Shown here: positions 42,006 through 56,047 of the stretch, in pieces
Numbering within the stretch: position 1 is the stretch's first letter
Layout: every line of letters begins with the position of its first letter
From: Eledone cirrhosa
Lineage: Eukaryota
Length of the DNA: 64,000 nucleotides
Direction: 5' to 3'
NCBI GenBank assembly: GCA_964016885.1
Contig: OZ024742.1
Location: 242,234,001 to 242,298,000, forward strand
Made by a program: the position numbers and the translations under genes
The notes under the pieces: model-generated
What the model saw: only the letters and a program-made list of their open reading frames with translations
Told to the model about the DNA's origin: nothing
Database searches by the model: none

Positions 42006-42912
42006 AAGTAAGAATGAAGAGAGAGTGGAAGAGTGAAAGAGAGAGAACGTGAGAAAAAGAACGCTGGGGATGAGAAGGGATGGCAGAAAGAATTTGGTCT
42101 GTAGGTAATATGTATATGTATGTTTATTTGTTTTCCTATTTGCGTATATTATCATGTTTTGCTTTCTGATGCTTTTCTGTGTTTATATCATCCACTATTT
42201 AGTAATTTTCTTATTCCTGACCCTTTTTGCATTTACTTTGCTGAATGTTTGCAAAATATATATTAAAAAAGCACTTGATAACAGAAGAAAAGTAAAGCAA
42301 AGTTGATGAGTTTTTTTGCTCATATACATGTTTTGCTTTTTCTTTTCTGTGCGTTGGAGAAGTGAAGAAATCCTTTGAGGATGGTAAAAAAAAAAAAAAA
42401 TATTTAAAGAAAAAAGAAATTGAAAGAAAATGAAATAAAATAAAATTTGGTGATGAAAATGATAGAAAATATATATCAGGAAAACGAACTCGTAGTGATG
42501 GCGCCAATACGCACATGTCTTTGGCTGACGTCAGTAGAAGGAACTATCTTTCTTGTTGATCGCTTAGCATTAACGGACTATTGTAGGCTGGTTAGCATAT
42601 AGAAAATCTAGTTATGTATTTTAGGAATTGAATACAAATTTAGTTTTGTTTAAGGCATCAGCTTTGCTTACTTGATAGAGATTCATGGATATTTATTCCT
42701 AGGTCTTCGCTCAAGTGGATAATTTTCCCTTTCATTCTCGATTTGGCAGTAAAATACTGTTGTGGCATGATTCTTTTTTATTTTTTATTATTTCCAGAAC
42801 ACTTCGTTATCATTTAGCCGTTAACTAAAATTCTTTGATGGGTCGTTTTAATTAGTCATCTAATATAATTGCGTGATAGCAAACTACTGCATACATACTG
42901 TAAAACACACGC

Positions 42913-42960
<48 letters not shown>

Positions 42961-42965
<5 letters not shown>

Positions 42966-43170
42966 AACGAGTAGGACCCCGACGGCTGAGCTCAAGCCGT
43001 TTCGACGGCTAATTCTGGACGGCTAATTCTAGTCCAGAATTAGCCGTCGAAACGGCTTGAGCTCAGTCGTCGGGGTCCTACTCGTTCCTATTACCCACTC
43101 TACTACCCTAAGTATTGAGTACTTTGGTGCATTATGGTCCATCTGGTTCCTTACCACATTTCCTTCGTCA
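42961..43170 (+). mobile_element. (TA)n-associated long-hairpin element, most complete copy
   Basis: 60-bp inverted arms at 42961-43020 and 43032-43091 (1 mismatch, 11-nt loop), plus a ~79-bp unpaired tail. (TA)n on both sides. Three further copies in the window. Strand is arbitrary. Confidence 0.8.
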
Positions 43171-44079
43171 TATATATATGTTGGTTGTTTACCGACACCT
43201 CAGTATGCAGATTGGAGCACTCGACGAAGTACGCAGGTTGGTTTGTTTACTCCGGAGTAATGTAAAATAATTAAGTCAAATATGTAAAATTTGGCTTCGT
43301 TTATTATAAATTATTATATATATACAGTATATATATATATATATATATACGTATATATATGTATGTGTATATATAAGTATGTATGTGTATATATATGTAT
43401 GTATATATGTATATGTGTGTGTAGGTGTGTGTGTCTGCGCGCGTGTGTATTTCTGTGCGTGTTTGTGTGGGCGTGTTTGTGTGGGCGTGTATTATAGTAG
43501 GAGAATATGTTTGTGTAATGTCTACCAAAATGTTCTATTGAGTTGAATATAATACTGAATTACTTCAAATTTAAAACTATAATATACACATACACTTATG
43601 CATACATACATTCATATATGTATATATATATGTGTGTGTGTGTGTCTGTGTGTGTGTGTGTGTGTGTGTATTAGTGTGTGAGTGTGTGTGTGTGTGTGTG
43701 TATATGTATGTATTAGTGTGTGAGTATGTGTGTGTTGTGTGTATGTATATGCGTGTATTTGTGTGTCTGTGTGTGATATATTGTGTGAGTGTCTGCATTG
43801 GTAAGTATATATTGAAATATATATGTACATATATATCAATCAAATTACTGCAGCTGGTGCCGCCAGTCGTTTTGGTGCCACACGTTTTCATGAACGGCGG
43901 GGGCTGCTGATTGCTTTCCAGCGCCTCGTGAAGAATGGTCAGTCTTCTTTCATATGATCGAATCAGAATTTTATTCGTCCAACATCAACTGTGATCTGGA
44001 AAATGGTTTAGAGAGGATGTCGTAACGCAATACATGACTGTGCCATCAATTCTGTCTTTTTGCCATCACCATGAGTGGT

Positions 44080-45800
44080 TTCTACCTTGTTTGACTTATA
44101 CTTCAGTGTGATAGATGCATTACAGCCTTCATTAGTGCTCGAATGCCTGGATCTTCGTTCCATGTCAGTTGTAAGACACCCGCTCGCACGACTATACAGA
44201 AAGATTGAAATCATCAGCCATTTTAGAATGTCTCTCGTAAGAAAACTGACTGAGGTTTCACATTTTCCGCTTCGCCATGGAAGAAACGTCCAGCCCGAGT
44301 GTTGTTGTTATCTCCTTTTAGTAGACTGCCAATGTCGGTCAAATGGGTCCAATTCTTCATTTTCTTCTGTTGAGCATGGTTATGGGTGCTCCATTGTGAA
44401 GGTAACTATTAACAAGAATTTGCTCTTTTCTATACTTATCTACGATCTGAATACTCTGACATTTTTTCTAGTCTGACACTGAGGATCTAGAATTCTGCGT
44501 CACAACAGCTCAACATCATAAGCCAAAGGCAGTTTAGAAAGGTACCGACCTCAAATGGAAATGAGAATGTGGAAATTTCGTAGTATCTCGTGATTTATGT
44601 TAACCGGGAAGATGTTGAAAAACACTGGAAAGAAGAGACAACTCTGACACACTATAACTATTGTTATTATTTACGAGAACTAAGGGCGGTGGTTTGTCAG
44701 TATCGGTTGAGAGTCGGACACCATGCTTTTCAGCATAGAGTTACGGCCCTTTTTGATCTGAGTTCAAATCCTGCCAAGGTTAACTTTGCCTTTCAGCCTT
44801 ACGGGGTCGATAAAATAAGGCACCAGTAACGTACTGGGATCGATTTAATCGACTTTCTCCTCCCCCAAATTACTGGCCTTGTGCCTATAGCAGAAATCAT
44901 TATTTACGAGAACTAAGAGCGGTGGATTGGCAGTATCGGTAGAGGGTCGGACGCCATGGTTTTCAGCATAGAGTTACGGCCCTTTATGGTCTGAGTTCGA
45001 ATCTCGCCGAGGTTAACTTTGCCTTTCATCCTTACAGGGTCGATAAAATAAAGTACCAGTCACGCACTGGGGTTGATTTGATCGACTTTCCCATCACCGC
45101 GAAAATTGCTAGACTTGTGCCTATATAAGAAACCATTATTTACGAGAACTGCGCAGTTTTAATTTTCATACAGTGCTTGGATTACTTAGATGGGTTGCTG
45201 TCAAAGCTGTGATCCATCACACGCCACAAACCCTCGTACCAAATACGGTCTGTATTTTTATCAAAACGGTGAAGTTATGAGAGAGGTCAGATCGTTGATG
45301 TAGACTTTTCTCGATTAGCAGTCTGAAACTAAATATTTGCTCCATTTTATGAGCGTGAATCCTGCGAACTCTTCTGAACGGATTTCGTCTGTTTTTCCTT
45401 TAATTCTGTTTAGCAAAACTTTTAGTAACAGTTCATTGTGGTGGCTAGTGGGACTTACGGGGTTTTTTTTTATTCCGGAAAAGTTTAAATTGCCTTTCTC
45501 GGGAATGGCTATTATAAATCATTGGGTCCATTCCTTTGGTCACTGCTTCGTTTCCCATATCTTCTGACTGTTAATATCTTGATGCATTTTTGCACCCCAT
45601 GATGTAGGAGATCTGATGGGATGCTATCCATTACTGACGATTATCCGTCTTTGTGTTACTGTTCGTAGAATTAGCCAGGATGCTAGTGTCATGCTTGAGT
45701 TTGCGGTTACGGAGATATTTTCTGATAAGAGCAATCTCATATGACAGTTGTAAAACAACACTTTACTTTTGTTAGCATTTAAGGGTTTCATACGTAACTC
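44080..45800 (-). mobile_element. Decayed RTE (BovB-like) LINE, reverse-transcriptase and C-terminal remnants, interrupted by two SINEs
   Basis: Minus-strand peptides DSIPSDLLHHG, KIWETKQ*PKEWTQ*FIIAIPEKGNL, LLLKVLLNRIKGKTDEIRSEEFAGF, EQIFSFRLLIEKSL, DLSHNF and RIWYEGLWRVM (about 45200-45640), then AFGL*C*..RRIL and QQKKMKNWTHL...RDILKW (about 44200-44540). These match RTE ORF motifs, with many stops and frameshifts. Outer boundaries are approximate. Confidence 0.8.
44684..45140 (+). mobile_element. Two tandem SINE family A copies, long form (44684-44902, 44916-45140)
   Basis: The 16-bp attatttacgagaact occurs at 44666, 44899 and 45135. Confidence 0.9.
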
Positions 45801-46287
45801 TGTTGTTAGTGTTTAGTCTACCAGCTTTGATGTGTTTTGTTTTACTCACGTCTCGTTGCTTCTCCCATTCACAGCTTTGTATTGCTGCCTTGCCCATTAA
45901 CCTTTCATCTGGGTTTCATTCAGGCTGGTCGCGTATTATAACACATATTCTCAGGATGACATTACTTTGCAATGGTTTCTTTTTATAAATTCTTTTGGCC
46001 AATATTTGTAGAGATGTTCCTTGCTGTCAGTCAGGTAGGGTATTCGCATAGCGAGACTATAGGTAGGGTATTCGTATAGAGTAGCAGCATCATTAGAGAT
46101 GAATAGATATATTGGATGTAATCTGATCCTCCATATTGGCGGCGAGACATTTCTCTGCCACAACACGTAAACTTCCTCTTATATGGACAAACATAGTGAG
46201 GGACTGGGGGCTTCGAGAGCAATTGGACATTTCTATGGCTCATTGCAAAGCTATTATGGACATACAGTCAAAATATGTATATCGATA

Positions 46288-46330
<43 letters not shown>

Positions 46331-46332
46331 AT

Positions 46333-46381
<49 letters not shown>

Positions 46382-46426
46382 ATAGATAGATACATAGAGT
46401 AACAGAGGTATATTAATTCATACATG

Positions 46427-46473
<47 letters not shown>

Positions 46474-47152
46474 ATATATGTATATATATATATGTATATA
46501 TATATGTGTGCATATAAATATATATTTGTGTATATACATATGTATTATGTATATGTGTGTGAATGTGTGTCTGTGTGTCTGTGTGTATGTGCGCGCGCGT
46601 GTGTGTGTATGTACATATATGCATATTTTGCTGACGTTTTGGTGTGTATTTTTTTTATATTTGATGACATTATGAGCAATTCACTTAAGGTAATACACCT
46701 TAGCTTTTGAACTCACGTTAATGTAATAATCATTTAGTGCCCCACTTTAATTTTTCAAATGGGAATTCAATACGATTTAACTTTTACGATCATGTTTTTA
46801 TATACAAAATATATTCGACCATAAAAATGCTATATTTTCAATAAGAATTTTTTTTTTCACAAAATAAAATACAAATTTTTACACTATCCACGCAAAAGTA
46901 AAATTAAGTAGAAGATTTCTACTATATTGAAATTTAGTAGAAAAAGATTTAGTGTAAAGCTTTTTTTTTTATGCAGACGTTTTAATGATGCTTACACTCA
47001 CCAGGAATCTTAACGTGACATAAACCAAAATATTTATGATTACGTACACACAAATACGTGATAAGACACGCTACTGAGCATGTATACGAATGACAAAAAT
47101 GTTGTGTCATCCTCTTAAATATATACACATATGTGTGCATATATATATATGA

Positions 47153-47194
<42 letters not shown>

Positions 47195-47223
47195 TCATCG
47201 AGAATCGCATTTCGGCGGGCAGA

Positions 47224-47297
<74 letters not shown>

Positions 47298-47632
47298 TCA
47301 TTTATATACATTATACGAACACATTTAAGAAGCAATCATATAAAGGGGCATGCATCTAGACATGCCCACGAAGATATAAACGGGTACACAAATGTATAGG
47401 TATACGTAAGTATGTGTATAATCAAACTCGTTTCATTTATAAAATACTAGTTACGCATGAAACGAAGTGTCAGCATATATTTGATTTAATGTGTTGTAAA
47501 ATAGACGGTAAATTCTAGGCTCAGCGGGCGCGGCGCTTTCCATTCCCGGCGGAAACATCTTTGCAACATATTTGTTATGGGCAATAAGAATAGTATAGAT
47601 CAGAATTTTCCTCTTAAATTAATTTATAGTAA

Positions 47633-48133
<501 letters not shown>

Positions 48134-48341
48134 TATGTAAAAAAGAGAAGAATGACTTCACTGGCGGTTGATATGTATTCCTTAATAGTCCCAAAATTTA
48201 CAGTAAATTACTATTGATATTAGTTCTGGTAGGTCATTGTTAATTTCGGTGCAGAACTTTTAATTATGTTTGTTAACTTTTAGGGAGACCTCCACGCATT
48301 CGGCGACGTCTGTCAAACTGGTCTATTGTGTGTGGTGTATG

Positions 48342-48412
<71 letters not shown>

Positions 48413-48431
48413 ATACATATATATATATATA

Positions 48432-48612
48432 TAATTGTTTCTACTTTAGGCACAAGGCCAGCAATTAACCAGTGCATTAATGGTACTTTATTTTATCGAC
48501 CCCGTAAGGATGAAAGGCAAAGTCAACCTCGGCGGGTTTAGAACTCAGATCGTAAAGGGACGTAACTATGCTGGAAAGCATGGCGCCCGACCCTTAACTG
48601 ATACTGCCAATC

Positions 48613-48615
<3 letters not shown>
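48432..48615 (-). mobile_element. SINE family A, short form, within (TA)n
   Basis: Family consensus. Confidence 0.9.
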
Positions 48616-49179
<564 letters not shown>

Positions 49180-50151
49180 TAAGTGTAAGTATGTATGTAC
49201 ACGCACATACATATATGTATACAGACGTACAGTAGTATGTATATATATATACATACATGCACACATATATATGTACGTATGGGTTTACCGAACAGTTATT
49301 ATAATGTTCGGTTTGTTTGTAAACAAACAGCCCGAATTACGCCGTACAGTGTTCAGGCAACCATCGTCGCCCCTTTGTTCAACACTGACACAGGAACGAT
49401 GTACTAGTTTCAAGCTTATTAGCTATCGTCAGCATCGTATACCTTTCTGTCAGATGGTTGAATGTCTGAAAGTATATATTTCCTTATGCATATTAACGGC
49501 TTAGCAGCCTAATTTGCATATCGAGTGAGTTAGTCGGCCGGGCGCACCGAGAACGATAAATGGAAAAGAATGAAACGAAATTTCATTGCTCACTCTTAAT
49601 ACGGCTGATACTTAAATATAAGTATGTATACGTACATACATATATGTATACAGACGTACAGTAGTATGTATATATATACATACATGCACACATATATATA
49701 TGTACGGATTGGTTTACCGAACATTTATTATAATGTTCGGTTTGTTTGTAAACAAACAGCCCGAATTACGCCGTACAGTGTTTAGCAACCATCGTTGCCC
49801 CTTTGTTCAACACTGACACAGGAACGATGTACTAGTTCAAGCTTATTATCTATATATATAATTATATATATATATATATATATACTTTATACTTGCATAA
49901 ACCTTATAATTCTAATTATATGTATATAGTAACGTCTAGTAATTTTCAGTTGTGTAGAGCGGAGGATTCGATCACCAATAGCTAAAATTGTATGTAGTAG
50001 GAAATATTTAATACATGTTTAAATGGCTATTCCTTATATGCTTTGTTGTTGTTTTAATTTGGCTTTAGATCAGCAATAACCTATTCTTCGGTGATACAAG
50101 CATCAGACAAATCAACTGCCCTTTATTTGAAATGTTCTTTAATCCATCCAA

Positions 50152-50369
50152 TAATATGGTTTCTTATAGAGGCACAAGGCCAGCAATTTGGGAGGAGGGG
50201 AAAGTCGATTAAATCGAACCCAATGCGTGACTGGTACTTTATTTCACCGACCGCGTAGGGATGAAAGATAAAGTTAACCTCGGCGAGATTTGACCTCAGA
50301 TCATAATGGTCCGTAACTCTATGCTGCAAAGCATGGCGTCCGACCCTCTACCTATACTGCCAATCCACC
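50152..50369 (-). mobile_element. SINE family A, long form
   Basis: Family consensus plus the gtcgattaaatcga segment. Confidence 0.88.
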
Positions 50370-51216
50370 CAATAGTATGAGATGTATTTACCTGACTAAA
50401 TTACATTTTTAAAAAAAGAAGCATATTTTATACGAGCTAGAACAACATATAGCCAAATTCAAAAACAGTATATTAAGAAAAATATAACAAAGGTCCAACA
50501 AATTGATGAAGAAGCCTACGAAAGTTCATACAGCACACCAGATTTGGAGATATTGTGTAATTCCCTTAGACACGTCCGGCGAAATGTCCGTATACAGCCT
50601 ACATACAGGCAATATAACGCCACATCAACAACACAAGTGAGACAGCACTGCAATATCTGATCCACCCGAGCTCGACAATTTCAAGCAACATGCAAATCAA
50701 TATTTTAATTGCGAACGTAGTAAGGGCGATGAAGAACGTGGCCGGAATTTCGTTTCTAAAGAACTAAAGAAAGACGCACGAAACACTTCATCCGCCGTAT
50801 GCAGTTCACCGAATAAAATCAGAGGAACTGGATCAGCGTGATAAAGAAGCCAGTGAAAACTGTCATGGAGAACTATGTGAATAGCGTACATCCCATTTAT
50901 AGAAGCACATTAGACATTATCGGTACTGGATACCAATTTAGGAATAGATAACATCGTTATAAATGACACACCTTAACCATGAATAGATCACTAACCTCAG
51001 AGAAAAACTATGTATTTACGAAAATCTCCTCTGGGATAGAACCTGCCATACTGACAATCATAATGCCTGATTTTATTAGCGTAATGCGGGTTGTGTCATA
51101 CATGGGCCAACCTCTTAAATAGGAGTAGCAGATCGAGTACAATATCTTCTGCTTATAAGAGTATTGTTTCATTGAGTATAAGGGATCAACAGAATGGTCT
51201 GAATATTAAAATGAAA

Positions 51217-51640
51217 TAATTGTTTCTACTTTTGGCACAAGGCCAGCAATTAAACCAATGCATTATGGTATTTTATTTTATCTACTCTTTAAGGATGAAA
51301 GGCAAAGTTAACTCCGGCGGGATTTGAACTCAGATCATAAAGGGCAGTAACTCTATGCTGAAAAGCATGCCGTCCAGCCATTTACCGATACTGCCAATCC
51401 ACTGCCCTTAAAAGAAATAATATATCTACATTTGGCACAAGGCCAGCAATTTGAAGGAAAGGAAAAAGTCAATTAAATCGACCCCAGTGCGTTGCTGTTA
51501 CTATATTTCATCGACCCCATATGGATGAAGGGTAAAGCTAACTTTGGCGATATTTGAACACAGAACGGAATGAGAAGTAACTATATACCGCAAAGCATGT
51601 TGTCCGACGTTCTACTAATGCTGTCAATTCACCTAACGCC
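51217..51640 (-). mobile_element. Two adjacent SINE family A copies (short 51217-51407; older long 51417-51640)
   Basis: Family consensus. ttaaaa(t)gaaataat precedes both. Confidence 0.85.
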
Positions 51641-51867
51641 AATGAAATATGTCGTAACAAATTTATCAAAAACGTACATAGAAAATATACTTTAAAAAAC
51701 TGAGCTTGTCGAACGTTGTGAAATAACAACAAAGGTTTGAGAAGGAATATGTGTGTGTGTGTCAGTGTTTAGGTATGTCTGTGAGTGTGGGGTTTCAATT
51801 ATCTAAATATTGATATCAGAGACGCAATGCTTTTGATTCATACTAGGTAGAAATGAGAAATGTTGTG

Positions 51868-52245
51868 AAGGCGCATGGCTTAGTGGGCTTGCAATCGAAA
51901 GTGAGTTCGATTCTCGGACCGGGTGATGAGTTGTGTCCTTGAGCAAGACACTTTATTTCACGTTGCTCTAATTTACTCAGCTGTAGAAATGAGTTGCGAT
52001 CCTGCCAAATCAATGAGTGGCAGTAGTTCCAGCTGCACGCATCGAAAGACTGGTGTAGTGGTTCTGAGAACAATGCGGCTTTGCAGATGATCAATGCAAA
52101 TTGACAATAGAAAGGTGTTCCCGCTCGAGTTAGAAGAGAACTATTGACCTTCAGGAGAAGCAGAGACCGCTGATTATATTCAGCAACCGAAACAAATATG
52201 AAGTACACCAAATCTAATGCTCCTAGGAGCGGCCCTGGTTGTTCT
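51868..52245 (+). mobile_element. Second tRNA-derived SINE type (family B), diverged
   Basis: A-box TGGCTTAGTGG, B-box GTTCGATTC, then TGTGTCCTTGAGCAAGACACTTTATTTCACGTTGCTC..ACTCAGCTG.AAATGAGT, shared with 56048 and 63532. The 3' boundary is uncertain. Confidence 0.7.
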
Positions 52246-52640
52246 TATTTGAGAGTGTAAAGTCGGCCAGATTAGAGAGAAATTAGATTACAGAACTCAT
52301 TCCTTCCTCAAAGAGTAACTAGTTTTGTGTACTAACAACAATTAAACCAAGAACATCTAGTACACGGGGTTACGTGAAGGTTATCACTACCATATTACCC
52401 CATCAAGAAAAAAACGAGCGAAATGATATTATAACAATTGTGAGATATAAAAATATAGGGAAAATGAATTGCCAACATTTGGTCATATAATTCCTGAAAT
52501 ATCATTCATTAATCAGTTTTCTAAACTAGCAATGTGTGTTTTGGTTTTTTTTTTTATCAATACTTTATCAATGGAATCATTATGTTGTAGAATATTTTGC
52601 ACGTTTTCATATCAATCTTCGGAATATTTCACTATCATAT

Positions 52641-52828
52641 TAATTGTTTCTACTTTAGGCACAAGGCCAGCAATTACCCAGTGCATTACTGGTACTTTAT
52701 TTTATCGACCCCGTAAGGATGAAAGGCAAAGACAACCTCGGCGGGATTTGAACTCAGATCGTAAAGGGACGTAACTATGCTAGAAAGCATGGCGTCTGAC
52801 TCTCTACCAATACTGCCAATCCACCGCC
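52641..52828 (-). mobile_element. SINE family A, short form, with 20-bp target-site duplication
   Basis: tatttcactatcatattaat at 52625-52644 and 52831-52850. Confidence 0.92.
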
Positions 52829-53154
52829 TCTATTTCACTATCATATTAATATTGTAAATTTCTCATCTGAACAATGTAGTACAATTACCGAGTTTACTCA
52901 TTCATCCTATTTAACTTTTTTCATACAAAAGAAAGAAACGATTATTAAATAGATATTTACACATATGTCTATATGTATATATGATGTAAAATATATAAAT
53001 GTATGTATGTGTGTATATATATATATATATACATACATACATATATATATATATATGTGTGTGTGTGTACACACATACATGTATATATATATATATGTAT
53101 ATATATACATATATATATATACATATATATATACATATATATATACATATATAC

Positions 53155-53218
<64 letters not shown>

Positions 53219-53891
53219 TAACATAAAAACAGTCTTGGCGCAAAATCAATTTTTTACATTCACATGACCTCTACCGACCAATCAGAATTGTTTTGACCAC
53301 AAGAATTTTTGCAACACCAAAGTAGCGCTGGAGCCACTTTTTTAACATAAAAACAGGTAGAATTCCCAAAACTAATCAGATCAGAGCAAACAACCCGCAC
53401 ACTCTATCTCAAAATTATTTTTGAAAAGCATTTAGAAATGCGCAACCGGCAAAAACTTAAAAACTTAAAACCACAACTGAATACTAACCCATACAATTAC
53501 TAATACTCTTTTATTCCTAATTAAACCATTTTTCAACTGTGAACAATTTGTCAGCATTTTCTATTCCGTTTACCAATATATACATATATATATATAGATA
53601 TATATATATATACATCCATATATATATATACATCCATATATATATATACATCTATATATATATATACATCCATATATATATATACATCCATATATATACT
53701 TTGATAGACTATATATATGTGTTTGTGTCTATATTGTATCTGTATTTTTGACCGTTGGTCAGTCAATGGCAACATTGAGGACCGAATAAATTAAATTAAC
53801 CGATATAAAAGACAGAAGCGAAAACCAACCAAAGAGTGAGTGTGTTCTGTTATTAATTCTGGCAATATTATTACACAAATATGACCCTCCC

Positions 53892-54043
<152 letters not shown>

Positions 54044-54381
54044 ATATTTAGTACTAACTCAGCGTGTTATTGCTACTGATATGGAAATATATACAATATG
54101 TTTCTGTATACTAAAGATATGTCTTGCGAGCTGTGGGTATTTTAGTCTGTGATCATGTCATTGAGAACTCCCTAGCCATATGAGAACGCTAAGCACTAGT
54201 ATTTCAAGATCTTTATCCATGCTTAGTGACGTTTACTTACCCCTTACTCAAGCACAGTAAGCTGTTATATCATGCCCATTTTTTTTGAAAATAATACCTT
54301 TATAGGGATACACCTCAGCGCATAGTGTAGACTTGGCAATCTGGTAGTACTTACACACCGTATCACGTAGAGGTATTTATG

Positions 54382-54435
<54 letters not shown>

Positions 54436-54451
54436 TGTGTGTGTGCGTATG

Positions 54452-54720
54452 TAAGTTTAACAGAAAAAACAAAGCAAACGACAAAGCGAATGACAAAGAA
54501 ACTAATATATTTCTTCCATGCAATATATGGAAGAAATATATTACTTTATGCTTGGAATTGCAGGAAGAAAGTCCTGACGTTTCGAGCACTAGTCCTTCAT
54601 CAGAAGATAGTGTTAGACATAGAAGATGAATAGAAAGTAAAAATGTGAAGAGGAAGGAACGGGGGAAAATGAGGAAAAAACGGTAAGAATAAAACACACG
54701 TGCGTATTCAGGCAACCATC
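54452..54720 (-). mobile_element. Penelope-like pseudo-LTR fragment between microsatellites
   Basis: Carries a minimal hammerhead motif typical of Penelope-like element pLTRs. T-rich on the minus strand. Related to 2100-2295. Confidence 0.6.
54572..54607 (-). ncRNA. Minimal type I hammerhead ribozyme motif
   Basis: Minus strand UCUU-CUGAUGA-A-GGACUAGUGCUC-GAAACGUC-AGGA: conserved CUGAnGA and GAAA boxes, GUC cleavage triplet, 4-bp stem I (UCUU/AGGA), palindromic ACGU in place of stem III, weak stem II. Confidence 0.7.
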
Positions 54721-54820
54721 ATGTGCGTGTGTATGTATGTATGTATGTATGTATGTATGTATGTATGTATGTATGTATGTATGTATGTATGTATGTATGT
54801 ATGTATGTATGTATGTATGT

Positions 54821-55437
54821 CACCAGTTGGTGCTACTGGTAACATGTATCCCAATACAACCTGTCTCATGGTCGGGTCGTTGGCGACTAAACTGGAAACC
54901 CTACCAAGGTTTCTTGGTGAGGAGGGTGACTTTGGACATCCTGCAGGACTAAAAACAAAACCTGTCAAAGGGCAAAGGAGCTGTTAAGAGTCAATGGCCT
55001 CTCAAAATCACCGGGAGAGATGACCCCTTAGCCTTTGTCAAAGCAGAATTCTAGGAGAAGGAAAACTCTGATATAACACCTGCAACCCTGATGGTATCCA
55101 ATGATGTTGACTTGTTCTTCTTTTTGGTAAATATCATCTTGGTTAAGAGAGTGGGACAGGCTTTGTGCAATGCCCTTTGCTTACTATAAAAGCTTTACAG
55201 CACAGGCACTGCTTTATATATGGAGAACTCTCTGCACTTGTCGTCACATGGTACCATGGGCCCAGCACTATGTGTCAATAATTGTCACAGGTGTAGTGTT
55301 TGTACCAGAGTTTTCAAGTGGCTGGCTGGATTAAAAATTCACACTCGCTCAGCGCTTCGGTAGGGGTTCGCCTACATGGATATAACGTAGTGGCCGTACT
55401 CGAAAACGAGTTGGCAGCCACCATGTATGTATGTATG
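54821..55437 (+). mobile_element. Non-autonomous RTE-derived element (5' UTR-like head plus RTE 3' end), flanked by (TATG)n
   Basis: Contains CTAGGAGAAGGAAAACTCTGA, which I recall from RTE 5' UTRs. Its 3' end tggccgtactcgaaaacgagttggcagccaccatgtatg matches the 3' end of the adjacent RTE fragment (55840-55877). No long ORF. Confidence 0.6.
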
Positions 55438-55439
55438 TG

Positions 55440-55877
55440 AGACCAGTGGTTGACTACCAGGCTGCTGTTGAAGATGCTGCTCATCATACCTGTTAAGCAT
55501 GTGGAAGAGAGTGTAGATCAGTAGGAGGGCTCAAACGACATGCAAAAGTACATGAAATCCAACCACAGCCGGCTAATGGTGGTGAATGTTTTGGTTGCCT
55601 ACTCTGTGCCAGACGTTTTAGATCATTGGCTCGGCTAAAAAGCCACATTCGATCGCAGCACCGTTAATTGTTAATATATATGTGTGTATATGTGTGTGTG
55701 TGGGGGGGGGTATGTATAAGTGTGTATGCGTGTGTGTATGTATATGTATGTATGTATGAATATGTATGTGTGTGTGTGCATATATATGTATAGATGTGTG
55801 TGTGTGCGTATGTGTAATTATATATTTTTTTTAGTGCAATGGCCATACTCGATAACGAGGGGGCATCCATCATGTAT
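55440..55877 (+). mobile_element. 5'-truncated RTE LINE 3' end encoding two C2H2 zinc fingers (pseudogenised)
   Basis: 55440-55667 reads RPVVDYQAAVEDAAHHTC*ACGRECRSVGGLKRHAKVH..ECFGCLLCARRFRSLARLKSHIRSQHR*. Followed by a microsatellite-rich 3' UTR and the terminal motif tggccatactcgataacgagggggcatccatcatgtat. Confidence 0.72.
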
Positions 55878-55878
55878 A

Positions 55879-55963
55879 TAATTGTTTCTACGTTTTAGGC
55901 ACAAGGCCAGCAATTACCCAGTGCATTACTGGTACTTTATTTTATCGACCCCGTAAGGATGAA
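55879..55963 (-). mobile_element. SINE family A, 3' half only
   Basis: Tail and core only. Confidence 0.85.
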
Positions 55964-56047
55964 TGTATGTATGTATAAATATATATATGGAGAGTGGAGA
56001 GGGAGAGGTAACGAAAGGGATAGGGTATATACGCAGAATTGTGAATA

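Noticed and set aside
50410-50841. Met-less open stretches on the + strand (KKEAYFIRA..., ELDNFKQH...)
   Set aside because: No recognisable domain or clear splice sites. Possibly a decayed TE.
51877-51925. tRNA gene
   Set aside because: A/B boxes are present but there is no cloverleaf, and it continues into a SINE core seen at two other loci.
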